32,000 bases of DNA, taken from assembly GCA_963663995.1 (NCBI GenBank), contig OY760660.1, forward strand, positions 1,530,001 through 1,562,000, in the 5' to 3' direction. Below are positions 1 through 9,126 of this stretch, piece after piece. How positions within the stretch are numbered: position 1 is the first letter of the stretch; each line of letters opens with the position of its first letter. The DNA comes from Erysipelotrichaceae bacterium. GTDB taxonomy: Bacteria; Bacillota_I; Bacilli_A; Erysipelotrichales; Erysipelotrichaceae. The notes under the pieces were generated by a model. The model was not told where the DNA came from. It made no database searches and saw only the letters and a list, made by a program, of their open reading frames with translations. The position numbers and the translations under genes are program-made.

Positions 1-2
1 AG

Positions 3-1460
3 TCACATGATAAACAAATTGTATTAGGAATGGTTCACTTCGATAACTATGAAGAAACAACACAATTTGAGGATGAACATCGTGTCACATTAATTGATTC
101 TAGAATTAGACAAGCTGTTTATACTTGGGCAAGTGAAATGGGTATTTTCGCTAAACGTCTTAGAAACAATCGAATGATTTTAGTGTTAGATGAAAAACTA
201 TTCCAACTTGCTTATGAAGATCGATTCTCAATTGTTGATACAATTAGAAAAGAATCTGAAGATTTAGATATTGCGATCACATTATCAATGGCTTTCTCGC
301 GTGGAAGTACCAACTTTTCTGACTTAGAAGATATGGTTAATCAAGCCTTAGACTTAGCGCAAAATCGTGGTGGTGACCAAGTTGCGATTAAAACTTATAA
401 CGAAGATGTTATTTATGTCGGTGGTTCATCAGAAGCACAAGCAAAAAAATCAAAAGTTAGAGCACGTGTTATTGCCCAATCATTGCGCGAAACGATTTTG
501 AATAGTTCTAATGTCATTGTGATGGGTCATAAAGATATGGACTTTGATTGTTTTGGATCAGCTTTAGTTATGAGTCGTTTTGTCTATGCCTATCAAAAAC
601 CTGTTGGCATTGTATTACACGGTGAACAAGAAGAAAAATTATCAAGTTCATTTGCTAAACATAAAGATGAATTAGCGCTTTATCATAATTTTATGACTGA
701 GCATCAAGCGCGCCAAATGATAAATGAAGATACACTTTTAATCCTTGTTGATCATCACGCTGAAAGCTATACACAAGTACCTAAGTTCTTACACGAAGTT
801 AAACATATTGTTGTTTTAGACCATCATCGTCGTAATCAAGATTTCACGTTTAATCCAATGTTGGTCTATACAGAAACTTCAGCTTCTTCAACTAGTGAAA
901 TGGTGGCTGAACTGATTTCATATCATCAATATACAGTCCCACTTACTCCAATTGAATCTACTTTTATTTTCACTGGTGTTGTGGTTGATACAAATCGTTT
1001 TAGAAATCGTAGTGGATCACGTACCTTTGAAGTAGCCAGCTTACTTAAAAAATATGGAGCTGATAGCGCTCAAAGTGATGAATTCTTAAAGGATAATTTG
1101 CGTGACTTCCAACAAAAATCTGCAGTATTAAGTCATCAAAAAGTAATTAATAATTCACTTATTATTACTTATGCAGCTGATGATCTTTACACTAGTCGTT
1201 CGATTATTTCACAGGTTGCAGACTCATTATTGTTGGTTGAAGGCATTGAAGCTAGCTTTGCGATTGGTCGATTAAATGATCGATTAGTTGGAATCAGTGC
1301 GCGCTCAAATGGGAATGTTAATGTCCATGCTATAATGGAAAAAATGCAAGGAAGTGGGCACTTTAATGCAGCTGCTTTGCAACGAGAAAATACAGATGTA
1401 GAAAGCCTTTTAAGTGAACTTGAAAGTACGATTACTGATATACTTGAAAGTGAGGAATAG
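3..1460 (+). CDS. gdpP: c-di-AMP phosphodiesterase GdpP, 5'-truncated by the window edge (end of degenerate GGDEF domain plus DHH/DHHA1)
   Basis: The frame is open from base 3 ([18 protein letters not shown]...), so the ATG at 30 is internal. DHH-family motifs LVDHH and VLDHHRR are present, with GSGHFNAAA near the C-terminus. The gdpP-rplI-dnaB synteny is conserved in Bacillota. Confidence 0.85.
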   Translation, partial: SHDKQIVLGMVHFDNYEETTQFEDEHRVTLIDSRIRQAVYTWASEMGIFAKRLRNNRMILVLDEKLFQLAYEDRFSIVDTIRKESEDLDIAITLSMAFSRGSTNFSDLEDMVNQALDLAQNRGGDQVAIKTYNEDVIYVGGSSEAQAKKSKVRARVIAQSLRETILNSSNVIVMGHKDMDFDCFGSALVMSRFVYAYQKPVGIVLHGEQEEKLSSSFAKHKDELALYHNFMTEHQARQMINEDTLLILVDHHAESYTQVPKFLHEVKHIVVLDHHRRNQDFTFNPMLVYTETSASSTSEMVAELISYHQYTVPLTPIESTFIFTGVVVDTNRFRNRSGSRTFEVASLLKKYGADSAQSDEFLKDNLRDFQQKSAVLSHQKVINNSLIITYAADDLYTSRSIISQVADSLLLVEGIEASFAIGRLNDRLVGISARSNGNVNVHAIMEKMQGSGHFNAAALQRENTDVESLLSELESTITDILESEE

Positions 1461-1462
1461 AT

Positions 1463-1906
1463 ATGAAAGTTATCCTATTAGAAGATGTTAAAAAAGTGGG
1501 TAAAAAAGGAGAAGTGTGTGAAGTCGCAGATGGCTATGCACGTAACTTTTTAATTCGAAATAAAAAAGCTGTTGCAGCTACAGATCAAGCAAACGCTATC
1601 CTTGCTCAACAAAAAGCAGATAAAGCTCAACAAGAAGCTGACGATAAAAAAGCAGCTGAAGAACTCAAAGAAAAACTAGAAAAACTAGTTTTAAAATTTA
1701 GTCTAAAACAAGGTGATAAAGGTCGCGTTTTTGGATCGATTAGCACTAAGCAAATTAGTGATGATTTAAAGAAAACGCATGGATATGATGTGGATAAGCG
1801 CAAAATGCATGGGGAAGCCATTGTTTCAATTGGCTTTAGCAAAATTCAAGTTGAGCTTTATAAAGGTGTTGTCGCAACCCTTACCATTGAGGTCAAACCA
1901 CAATGA
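1463..1906 (+). CDS. rplI: 50S ribosomal protein L9
   Basis: 147 aa with the [18 protein letters not shown]...GYARNFL N-terminus typical of L9. SD GAGGAA lies upstream. Position between gdpP and dnaB fits. Confidence 0.95.
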   Translation: MKVILLEDVKKVGKKGEVCEVADGYARNFLIRNKKAVAATDQANAILAQQKADKAQQEADDKKAAEELKEKLEKLVLKFSLKQGDKGRVFGSISTKQISDDLKKTHGYDVDKRKMHGEAIVSIGFSKIQVELYKGVVATLTIEVKPQ

Positions 1907-3255
1907 GTCAGACTCTACCTAATAGTATAGAAACAGAACAAGCGATGTTGTCCAGTATGTTAGCTTACCCTAACTCTGTTCAAATTGCTTCTGAATTAGC
2001 CTTACATCCAGATCATTTTTACTCTGAAGCAAACAAACGTTTATTCAAAGTGATGATGGATATGTATGAAGAAGGGAAACCGATTGATTCGGCTTCTGTT
2101 TTAGCGCGTCTAAAAGATTTAAATTTAACGCAAGCTATAGGTGGAGCAAACTATATTTTAGAACTGACTGAAAGTTCTGTATCAAGCGCGAATACAAGAT
2201 ATTACATAGGTGTTATTCAAGATAAAGCTTATGTTAGAAATTTGATTATTACTGCTCAAAAAATTGCAGCAGATGGATATGACAGTAGTGTAGATATTGA
2301 TGATGTAATGGATCAAGCAGAAAAAGATTTGCTTAATGTTACTCGTACACGTCGGGCAGCTGAATTTAAAAATGCAAATGAAGTTGTCACTAGTGTTTTA
2401 GAAAATATTCAAACAATGTCACAAACCCATACCAGTATTACCGGAACGCCAACGGGATTTAGACGTATGGATGGCTTAACCAATGGTTTTCAAAATGGTG
2501 ACCTGATTATATTAGCGGCTCGTCCATCTGTTGGGAAAACAGCTTTTGCTTGTAATGTCGCATTAAATGCAGCTCAAATATCTAAAAAAGCAGTCGCGAT
2601 GTTTTCTTTAGAAATGCCAGCTGAACATTTAATTACACGTATGTTGTCCGCTAAATCTAGATTAACTGGTTCGGCTTTAAGAACCGGTCAAATCAGAAAT
2701 AATAATGAATGGAATGCTTTAAATGAAGCAGCAGCAGATTTAAAAGAAACAAAAATATACATTGATGATTCAGCTACGATTCGTGTATCTGAAATATTTA
2801 GTAAATGTCGTAAACTTCAAACTGAACATCCATTAGGTTTAATCATCATTGACTATATCCAATTGATTAGCTCAGGGACAAGATCATCAGACAATCGTCA
2901 ACAAGAAGTGTCTGAAATTTCTCGTAACTTAAAAGCACTAGCACGTGAACTAAAAGTTCCTGTTATTGCCTTATCACAATTATCGCGTTCAGTTGAATCT
3001 AGATCAGATAAACGTCCACAACTCAGTGACTTACGTGAATCTGGTGCGATTGAACAAGATGCTGATATCGTTTTATTCCTTTATCGTCAAGCTTACTATG
3101 AGCGAGACGAAGATCGTCCTGAAACTGAAAAGATTGAAGTTTTAATAGCGAAACATCGTAATGGACCAATTGGTCAAGTTGATTTAGCGTTTGAATCTGC
3201 TATTAATGCTTTCTATAATTATTCTGAAACAAGTCCGAAAGGAGAAAATGCGTAA
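1903..3255 (+). CDS. dnaB: replicative DNA helicase DnaB (DnaC in B. subtilis nomenclature)
   Basis: 450 aa with Walker [22 protein letters not shown] and SQLSR motifs. ATGA start/stop overlap with rplI. Confidence 0.95.
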   Translation: MSQTLPNSIETEQAMLSSMLAYPNSVQIASELALHPDHFYSEANKRLFKVMMDMYEEGKPIDSASVLARLKDLNLTQAIGGANYILELTESSVSSANTRYYIGVIQDKAYVRNLIITAQKIAADGYDSSVDIDDVMDQAEKDLLNVTRTRRAAEFKNANEVVTSVLENIQTMSQTHTSITGTPTGFRRMDGLTNGFQNGDLIILAARPSVGKTAFACNVALNAAQISKKAVAMFSLEMPAEHLITRMLSAKSRLTGSALRTGQIRNNNEWNALNEAAADLKETKIYIDDSATIRVSEIFSKCRKLQTEHPLGLIIIDYIQLISSGTRSSDNRQQEVSEISRNLKALARELKVPVIALSQLSRSVESRSDKRPQLSDLRESGAIEQDADIVLFLYRQAYYERDEDRPETEKIEVLIAKHRNGPIGQVDLAFESAINAFYNYSETSPKGENA

Positions 3256-4738
3256 TATAAGTGCCCTTATAATCGCTTTCGTAATTAGTCTTTCAATTGT
3301 TAGTGTTGATTTCTTTAGTCAATCCAATGCGCTGAGTTCTGATACACCACAAATTCAAGAAGCATCAATAGTTAACCAAGCGATTGTAGAAAGTTACAGT
3401 ATTCAAAAAACCATTCAAAAAATTTACTTAGGTACTAATTTGATTGGTGTTTTAAGTAGCGAAGCGGACGTTTCAAAATTTTTGAATACGATTTATGCTG
3501 AACGTTACCAAACTGAATTTCCTTCATCCAAACTTGGTTTTGGAGAGAATATAACATTAATACAAGAACTATCTTATTTTGAATATGAGAATAAAGATCA
3601 GGAAATTTTTGATTATTTAAACGCCAATGATTTATTCTCTATCGAGGTAGATAAAATTGAATTCTCAAATGGTGCCGTAATCTATGTCAAAGATGTTTCA
3701 ATGTTTGAAGAAGCACGTGAAATTTATATTGGAAACTTTATTTCATTAGATGCTTATAATTTAATTCGAAACAATCAATTGCCTGCCCCTTTAACAACTT
3801 ATGGTTATCGTGAGATTGGATTCTCAATCGTTGAGACGGCGACTTATCAAAGAGGTTTGGCTCCGCTTTCTAAAATTTTAGTTGATGTGAATCAAATTGT
3901 TTCTTTCTTGAGTTATGGTTATGGAACAGAAATTGAAACTTATACAGTTGATGAATATGACACAATTGATGGGATTGCTTATCGTACGGGTCTATCTTCT
4001 CAACAAATACTTACGATTAATAACGAAAAGATTAAAACAACTACCCAGATTCTTGAAATTGGAATGGAATTAAATGTGACTTATTTCAATTCGCCAATAA
4101 ATGTAGTGGTTACTCGCGAAAAGCTTCAAAAAGAAACGGTTTATCCTGCAAGTACACGATATATTAAAGATCCAACCATGCAAGAAGGTTATAGTGTCAT
4201 TCAAACGCGTGAAGAACTTGGCTATAAAGATGTTTTATATGAAGAAACATATGTTAATGGAGAAGTCTCTGATGCGTCGGTTATTTCATCCACAATTGTT
4301 AAGTATCCTGTTCAAGAAGTTATGCGAATAGGCACAAAAGTAGTTCCAGGTATTGGTTCAGGTACATTAAGATGGCCGCTTGGAGCGAACTCACATATTT
4401 CTTGTCGTTGGTATTGTTATGCTGGACATCAAGGTTTAGACCTTGTTTATAACTACAATCGTTATGGACCAATTTATGCTGCCGATAGAGGCGTCATACT
4501 CAAGGTTGGTTATGATTGGCGAAATGGTTATCATGTTTACATTGATCACAATAATGGTATGAAAACTCTTTATGCTCATATGTATAGATGGCCACCTGTA
4601 AAAGAAGGCCAAAAAGTTGAAAAGGGAGACTTTATCGGTAACGTAGGAAGTACGGGACGATCGACAGGACCACACTTACACTTTGGTATTTATGTAAATG
4701 GAACAGCTAAAAATCCATGTACATATTTGGGATGTTAA
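3248..4738 (+). CDS. membrane-anchored M23 metallopeptidase with LysM and G5 domains (peptidoglycan hydrolase)
   Basis: Start moved to the ATG at 3248, which follows AAAGGAG and gives the N-terminal anchor [20 protein letters not shown]. LysM-like segment YTVDEYDTIDGIAYRTGLSSQQIL. G5-like segment VVTREKLQKE...VMRIGTK. M23 motifs HQGLD and GPHLHF. The start overlaps the dnaB stop by 8 nt. Confidence 0.8.
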   Translation: MRNISALIIAFVISLSIVSVDFFSQSNALSSDTPQIQEASIVNQAIVESYSIQKTIQKIYLGTNLIGVLSSEADVSKFLNTIYAERYQTEFPSSKLGFGENITLIQELSYFEYENKDQEIFDYLNANDLFSIEVDKIEFSNGAVIYVKDVSMFEEAREIYIGNFISLDAYNLIRNNQLPAPLTTYGYREIGFSIVETATYQRGLAPLSKILVDVNQIVSFLSYGYGTEIETYTVDEYDTIDGIAYRTGLSSQQILTINNEKIKTTTQILEIGMELNVTYFNSPINVVVTREKLQKETVYPASTRYIKDPTMQEGYSVIQTREELGYKDVLYEETYVNGEVSDASVISSTIVKYPVQEVMRIGTKVVPGIGSGTLRWPLGANSHISCRWYCYAGHQGLDLVYNYNRYGPIYAADRGVILKVGYDWRNGYHVYIDHNNGMKTLYAHMYRWPPVKEGQKVEKGDFIGNVGSTGRSTGPHLHFGIYVNGTAKNPCTYLGC

Positions 4739-5518
4739 ATGAAATATATCAATTTTTGTAGCGGATCTAAGGGTAACTGTACCTATGTTGAAAGTAAACA
4801 AACAAAGTTAATTATTGACTGCGGATCAACAAAGCGTTATTTGTCACAATCTCTTCACAATTACAATATACAATTAGACTCAGTAGATGCATTGTTGATT
4901 ACACATGACCATGGTGACCACATAGCTCAACTGCGTCTTTTTGATTCAATAAAGACATGTATTAGTCCTGTTCCTTTAAAGAGAGATAGTATTAATCCAA
5001 TGCCTTATCAACCTTTTATGCTTAAAGATATTGAAATTACAGCGCTTGTTTTATCACATGATTCAGGGCTAACATATGGTTATGTATTGAGAAGTGATGG
5101 GATTAAACTCGTCTATATAACGGATACAGGCTATCTCAAAGACAATAATCTAGATTATATTAGTAATGCTGATATTTATATCATTGAAAGTAATCATAAT
5201 GTTGATAAATTGATGCAAAGTGCTCGTCCACATATGACAAAAATGCGTATCCTCTCAGATACAGGGCATCTAAGTAATGAAGATAGTGCGAAAATATTAA
5301 AAAGAGTTATTGGACCAAATACAAAAGAAATTGTATTAGCTCATTTATCTGAAGAAGCTAATACTGAGCACTTAGCTATAAAAGCATTTAGTCAAATTAT
5401 AGATAGTGAACAAATACATATTCACTGTGCTAAACAAAAATGTGAAACCATAGGAGGGTTCTTAAATGAAGAATACACTAACGAAACTCTTGATATTCGT
5501 TTTGCTCATCTCAAATAG
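4739..5518 (+). CDS. walJ: MBL-fold metallo-hydrolase, WalJ/YycJ-like
   Basis: 259 aa with the beta-lactamase-fold motif THDHGDH. Sits immediately upstream of htrA and rlmH, as yycJ does in Bacillota. Confidence 0.8.
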   Translation: MKYINFCSGSKGNCTYVESKQTKLIIDCGSTKRYLSQSLHNYNIQLDSVDALLITHDHGDHIAQLRLFDSIKTCISPVPLKRDSINPMPYQPFMLKDIEITALVLSHDSGLTYGYVLRSDGIKLVYITDTGYLKDNNLDYISNADIYIIESNHNVDKLMQSARPHMTKMRILSDTGHLSNEDSAKILKRVIGPNTKEIVLAHLSEEANTEHLAIKAFSQIIDSEQIHIHCAKQKCETIGGFLNEEYTNETLDIRFAHLK

Positions 5519-6545
5519 TTTTTTAGCGTATGTAGTATTAACGGATAAAAATCAAGTTTCACTTACAGATGATGGAAAAGTTATTCGAGAAGTGGTAACT
5601 GAATATACGACTGATGTAACCGAAGTAGTCGATCATACAATTGAAAAGGTTGTAGGTGTGTCTGCTTTATTTAATGGTGAAGTTTACTCATCTGGTAGTG
5701 GTGCTATCTATGATGTCGTAGATGGGAAGATTTTAATTGTCACCAATAATCATGTTATTGAAGATTTCGATAATATCCAAGTAACTTTTGCGAATGGTGA
5801 ACAATTGGATGCTGAAATATTAGGTGCAGATTCATTTACTGATTTAGCACTTCTAAGTGTTAGCGCAGATTTTAATGTAGAAGCTTTTGATTTAGGTGAT
5901 TCTTCCTTAATCAAAGTAGGCGAAAATGTATTAGCGATTGGCTCTCCATTAGGATTAGAATTTCAAGGTAGCGTTACGATGGGAATTATCTCTGGTAAGG
6001 ATCGTGTCGTGCCTGTTGATTTAAACAATGATGGCATTGATGACTGGGATTCGATTGTTTTACAAACTGATGCGGCGATTAATCCTGGAAATAGTGGTGG
6101 ACCACTTATAAACATGGCAGGGGAACTTGTTGGGATTACATCTATGAAGATAGCTGATAGTACAGTTGAAGGTATGGGTTTTGCGATTCCAATCAATGAA
6201 ATTGTTCCAATTATTACCCAACTATATGATAATGGACAAGTTACACGTCCTTTGATTGGTATCTCGGCTGTGGCTTTAGAAGAGCTTACTGTGTATCAAA
6301 AGAGCTTTTATGGAATACGTTTGGACTTAAACCAAGGATTATATATTTTTAATGTAAATATAAATTCTGCAGCTTATAAGGCTGGCTTAAAAGAAGGGGA
6401 TATTCTAATTTCTTTTGATAATCAAGAAATAACGAGCTTCAAAGCTTTTAGGAAACTCTTGTATGATAAGTTAGTTGGAGATGAAGTTTATATTGAGTAT
6501 GAACGTGATGGAGAAATGTACTCCACAACGGTAACACTTCAGTGA
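5466..6545 (+). CDS. htrA: HtrA/DegP-family serine protease with N-terminal membrane anchor and C-terminal PDZ domain
   Basis: Catalytic triad contexts TNNHVIE, DLALL and GNSGGPL. PDZ-like tail GLKEGDILISFDNQEI. Strong SD AGGAGGG at 5450-5456. TM helix LLIFVLLISNSFLAYVVL. Confidence 0.9.
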   Translation: MKNTLTKLLIFVLLISNSFLAYVVLTDKNQVSLTDDGKVIREVVTEYTTDVTEVVDHTIEKVVGVSALFNGEVYSSGSGAIYDVVDGKILIVTNNHVIEDFDNIQVTFANGEQLDAEILGADSFTDLALLSVSADFNVEAFDLGDSSLIKVGENVLAIGSPLGLEFQGSVTMGIISGKDRVVPVDLNNDGIDDWDSIVLQTDAAINPGNSGGPLINMAGELVGITSMKIADSTVEGMGFAIPINEIVPIITQLYDNGQVTRPLIGISAVALEELTVYQKSFYGIRLDLNQGLYIFNVNINSAAYKAGLKEGDILISFDNQEITSFKAFRKLLYDKLVGDEVYIEYERDGEMYSTTVTLQ

Positions 6546-7012
6546 TTAAACTAATATGCGTTGGCAAAATCAAAGAGAAAGAATTAACGGTTTTAATCAA
6601 TGATTATGTAAAACGCATTCAACCATATCATAAGTTTGAGGTTGTCGAACTAAAAGATTTACCAAGTTCTGACGATCCTTATTTAAATCAAAAGGTGATT
6701 GAAAACGAAAGTGAAGCAATTCTTAAACAGATCCAAAGTGATGATGATGTCATTTTGTTGGATTTAAGGGGTAAATTGATTAGTTCAGAAAAACTTTCAC
6801 AAAGAATTCAACTTAGTTTTAATCAATCATTTAAAAACCTTGTTTTTGTGATTGGTGGTTCTTTAGGTGTGAGTGATGAGCTCAGAAAACGAGCAAATAG
6901 CCTATGGAAGCTGTCAGATAATACGTTTCCGCACGGTATAGTTCGATTACTTTGCGTTGAACAAGTGTATAGATGTTTCCGAATTCTGAGCAATCATCCC
7001 TATCATAAGTGA
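6542..7012 (+). CDS. rlmH: 23S rRNA (pseudouridine1915-N3)-methyltransferase RlmH
   Basis: 156 aa with a GTG start overlapping the htrA TGA. N-terminus MIKLICVGKIKEK and C-terminus FPHGIVRLLCVEQVYRCFRILSNHPYHK are typical SPOUT RlmH. Confidence 0.9.
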   Translation: MIKLICVGKIKEKELTVLINDYVKRIQPYHKFEVVELKDLPSSDDPYLNQKVIENESEAILKQIQSDDDVILLDLRGKLISSEKLSQRIQLSFNQSFKNLVFVIGGSLGVSDELRKRANSLWKLSDNTFPHGIVRLLCVEQVYRCFRILSNHPYHK

Positions 7013-7026
7013 TGAAAGCGATTACA
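7013..7026. promoter_or_regulatory. catabolite-responsive element (cre), perfect match to TGWAANCGNTNWCA
   Basis: TGAAAGCGATTACA begins on the base after the rlmH stop. Its centre is roughly 55-60 bp upstream of the predicted ptsH transcription start. Confidence 0.6.
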
Positions 7027-7043
7027 CAGATGAAATTACCTCG

Positions 7044-7071
7044 TTGTAATTACAAAAGAACATGTTAAAAT
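7044..7071 (+). promoter_or_regulatory. sigma-A type promoter of ptsH (TTGTAA, 16-nt spacer, extended -10 TGTTAAAAT)
   Basis: TTGTAA at 7044-7049, TG at 7063-7064 and TAAAAT at 7066-7071. SD GGAGGA at 7089-7094 precedes the ATG at 7098. Confidence 0.6.
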
Positions 7072-7097
7072 AGTCTTATAAAATCGTTGGAGGATAT

Positions 7098-7364
7098 ATG
7101 AAAGAAATCAGTGTATTAGTTATTGATCCAGTTGGCCTACACGCACGCCCAGCAACAGTTGCTGTTAGTGCTGCAAGCCGCTTCAAATGCGAAGTTAAAG
7201 TTGCATTTAAAGGTCGTTCTGTGAATATGAAATCCATCATGGGCGTTATGTCCTTGGGTATTCCTACGCAATCCGAAGTCACAATCTCATGTGAAGGTGA
7301 AGACGAAGATGAAGCGATCAAAACTATCGAAGATGTATTGAGAACTCAAAAAGTTATTCAATAA
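7098..7364 (+). CDS. ptsH: phosphocarrier protein HPr
   Basis: 88 aa with the His15 context GLHARPA and the Ser46 context NMKSIMGVMSLG. No ptsI follows it. Confidence 0.95.
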   Translation: MKEISVLVIDPVGLHARPATVAVSAASRFKCEVKVAFKGRSVNMKSIMGVMSLGIPTQSEVTISCEGEDEDEAIKTIEDVLRTQKVIQ

Positions 7365-7377
7365 TCAATGGTTGTCT

Positions 7378-7410
7378 AAAAACGAAGGTGGTCGCATCTT
7401 CGTTTTTTTT
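7378..7410 (+). terminator. rho-independent terminator after ptsH
   Basis: AAAAACGAAGGTG (7378-7390) pairs with CATCTTCGTTTTT (7395-7407), including one G-U pair. The loop is GTCG and the T-run extends to 7410. Confidence 0.8.
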
Positions 7411-7425
7411 ATAAACGGGAGAAAT

Positions 7426-9111
7426 ATGGAAGCCATTATTCAACATTGGATGAATCATCCAAACTTAGATCCGAAACTTAAAGAAGAATTAGAGTTAACT
7501 GATCGTAAGACATTACAAGATGCCTTTTATACAGATGTTGCCTTTGGGACTGCTGGTATGCGAGGCCTATTGGGGGTTGGTACAAATCGTTTAAACGTAC
7601 ATACAATTCGAAAAGCAAATGTTGCTTTTGCGAAATACTTACTTCAATATCCAGATGCTACTAAAACAGGTGTTGCCATTGCTTATGATAATCGCTATAT
7701 GTCAGTGGAATTTGCACAAGAGAGTGCACGTGTTTTAGCGATGTATAATATTCCATCATTTGTATTTGAATCTCTTAGACCTACACCAGAATTATCATTT
7801 GCGGTCAGACATTTAAAATGTGTAGGTGGTATAGTGATTACAGCTTCACATAATCCAAAAGAATATAATGGATACAAAGTATATGATGAAGAAGGGTGTC
7901 AATTAGTTCCCCGTTTAATTGAACAAGTTATTGATGAAATCAATAAGATAGAAGATGCTTTAGATATTAAAGTTGAACTAAGCACTGCACAAGAAAAACT
8001 CATCCACTCGATTGATGCAGAAGTTGATGAAGTTTATTACGAAAAAGTAGAAAATATCAAACTTAGAAAAGAATTAGACTTTTCTAATATTAAGTTAGTT
8101 TTCTCACCTCAACACGGAACAGCCCATGAAGGTGTCAATGTTTTATATAAGAGAATGGGCATTCCGTTTATCGAAGTAAAAGAACAAGCAGATCCTGATC
8201 CTGCTTTCTCTAACACTAAAACACCCAATCCAGAAGAAGATGCAGCTTATGATTTGGCCATTGAATATGCTAAACGTGAGAGCGCTGATGCGGCAATTAG
8301 CACAGACCCTGATGCAGATCGCTTAGGGGTTGTCGTTAAACATGATAATGAATATGTACTACTTACAGGTAATCAAACAGGTTCAATCTTAATTGATTAT
8401 GTATTAAGTACACTAACAGAATTGAATGCTTTACCAAATAATCCCGTTATTTTCAATACGGTTGTTACATCTGATTTAGGTGAAAAAGTTGCGAATAATT
8501 ATGGTGTTCAAGTAGAAAAGACATTAACGGGTTTTAAATTTATCGGTGATAAAATCAAAAAGTATCAAGAGACAAAAGAAAAATCATTTGTATTTGGTTA
8601 CGAAGAAAGTTATGGTTATTTAGTAGAACCGTTTGTTCGTGATAAAGATGCATTACAAGCTTGTGTTTTGATTGCTGAAGCAATTTCATACTATAAATCT
8701 AAAGGTTTAACACTTGTTGATGTTTTAAATAATTTATATACAAAATATGGCTATCATTTAGAAGATCAAATGAGTCTAACTTTAAAAGGTGAAGAAGGAA
8801 GCAATAAAATAAAAGCTATCTTGGAACACTTTAGAGATTCTAAGATTGAAAACTTTGCGAATATTAGTGTTAAAGCTAAAGAAGATTATGAACTATCTGT
8901 ACGTTTAGATGGTGATAAGAAATCTTCACTAGATTTCCCTAAGTCTAATGTCATTAAGTATTTCTTAGCCGATGGGACATGGATTGCGATTCGTCCATCT
9001 GGGACTGAACCGAAGATTAAATTTTATTTCTGCGTTTTAGGAAAAGATAAAGATGATGCGAAGAATAAATTTGATCAACTTGTTATAGATATTAAAGAAC
9101 ATATTTCTTAA
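7426..9111 (+). CDS. pgm: phosphoglucomutase (alpha-D-phosphohexomutase family, PgcA-like)
   Basis: Start moved to the ATG at 7426 (MEAIIQHW...), because the ORF-track start lies inside the ptsH terminator. Active-site loop TASHNPKEYNGYK and metal loop DPDADR are present. Confidence 0.9.
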   Translation: MEAIIQHWMNHPNLDPKLKEELELTDRKTLQDAFYTDVAFGTAGMRGLLGVGTNRLNVHTIRKANVAFAKYLLQYPDATKTGVAIAYDNRYMSVEFAQESARVLAMYNIPSFVFESLRPTPELSFAVRHLKCVGGIVITASHNPKEYNGYKVYDEEGCQLVPRLIEQVIDEINKIEDALDIKVELSTAQEKLIHSIDAEVDEVYYEKVENIKLRKELDFSNIKLVFSPQHGTAHEGVNVLYKRMGIPFIEVKEQADPDPAFSNTKTPNPEEDAAYDLAIEYAKRESADAAISTDPDADRLGVVVKHDNEYVLLTGNQTGSILIDYVLSTLTELNALPNNPVIFNTVVTSDLGEKVANNYGVQVEKTLTGFKFIGDKIKKYQETKEKSFVFGYEESYGYLVEPFVRDKDALQACVLIAEAISYYKSKGLTLVDVLNNLYTKYGYHLEDQMSLTLKGEEGSNKIKAILEHFRDSKIENFANISVKAKEDYELSVRLDGDKKSSLDFPKSNVIKYFLADGTWIAIRPSGTEPKIKFYFCVLGKDKDDAKNKFDQLVIDIKEHIS

Positions 9112-9126
9112 ATATAAGGGGGCTAT

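Noticed and set aside
7076-7321. An 81-aa ORF antisense to almost the whole of ptsH.
   Set aside because: HPr on the + strand is unambiguous (His15 and Ser46 motifs, SD, promoter, terminator). The antisense ORF has no start context and no recognisable fold.
7366-7400. A possible RAT-like antiterminator (BglG/LicT type) overlapping the ptsH terminator, suggested by GGTTGTC.
   Set aside because: Only the GG-TTGT letters resemble the RAT consensus. The complementary arm needed for the RAT hairpin is absent.
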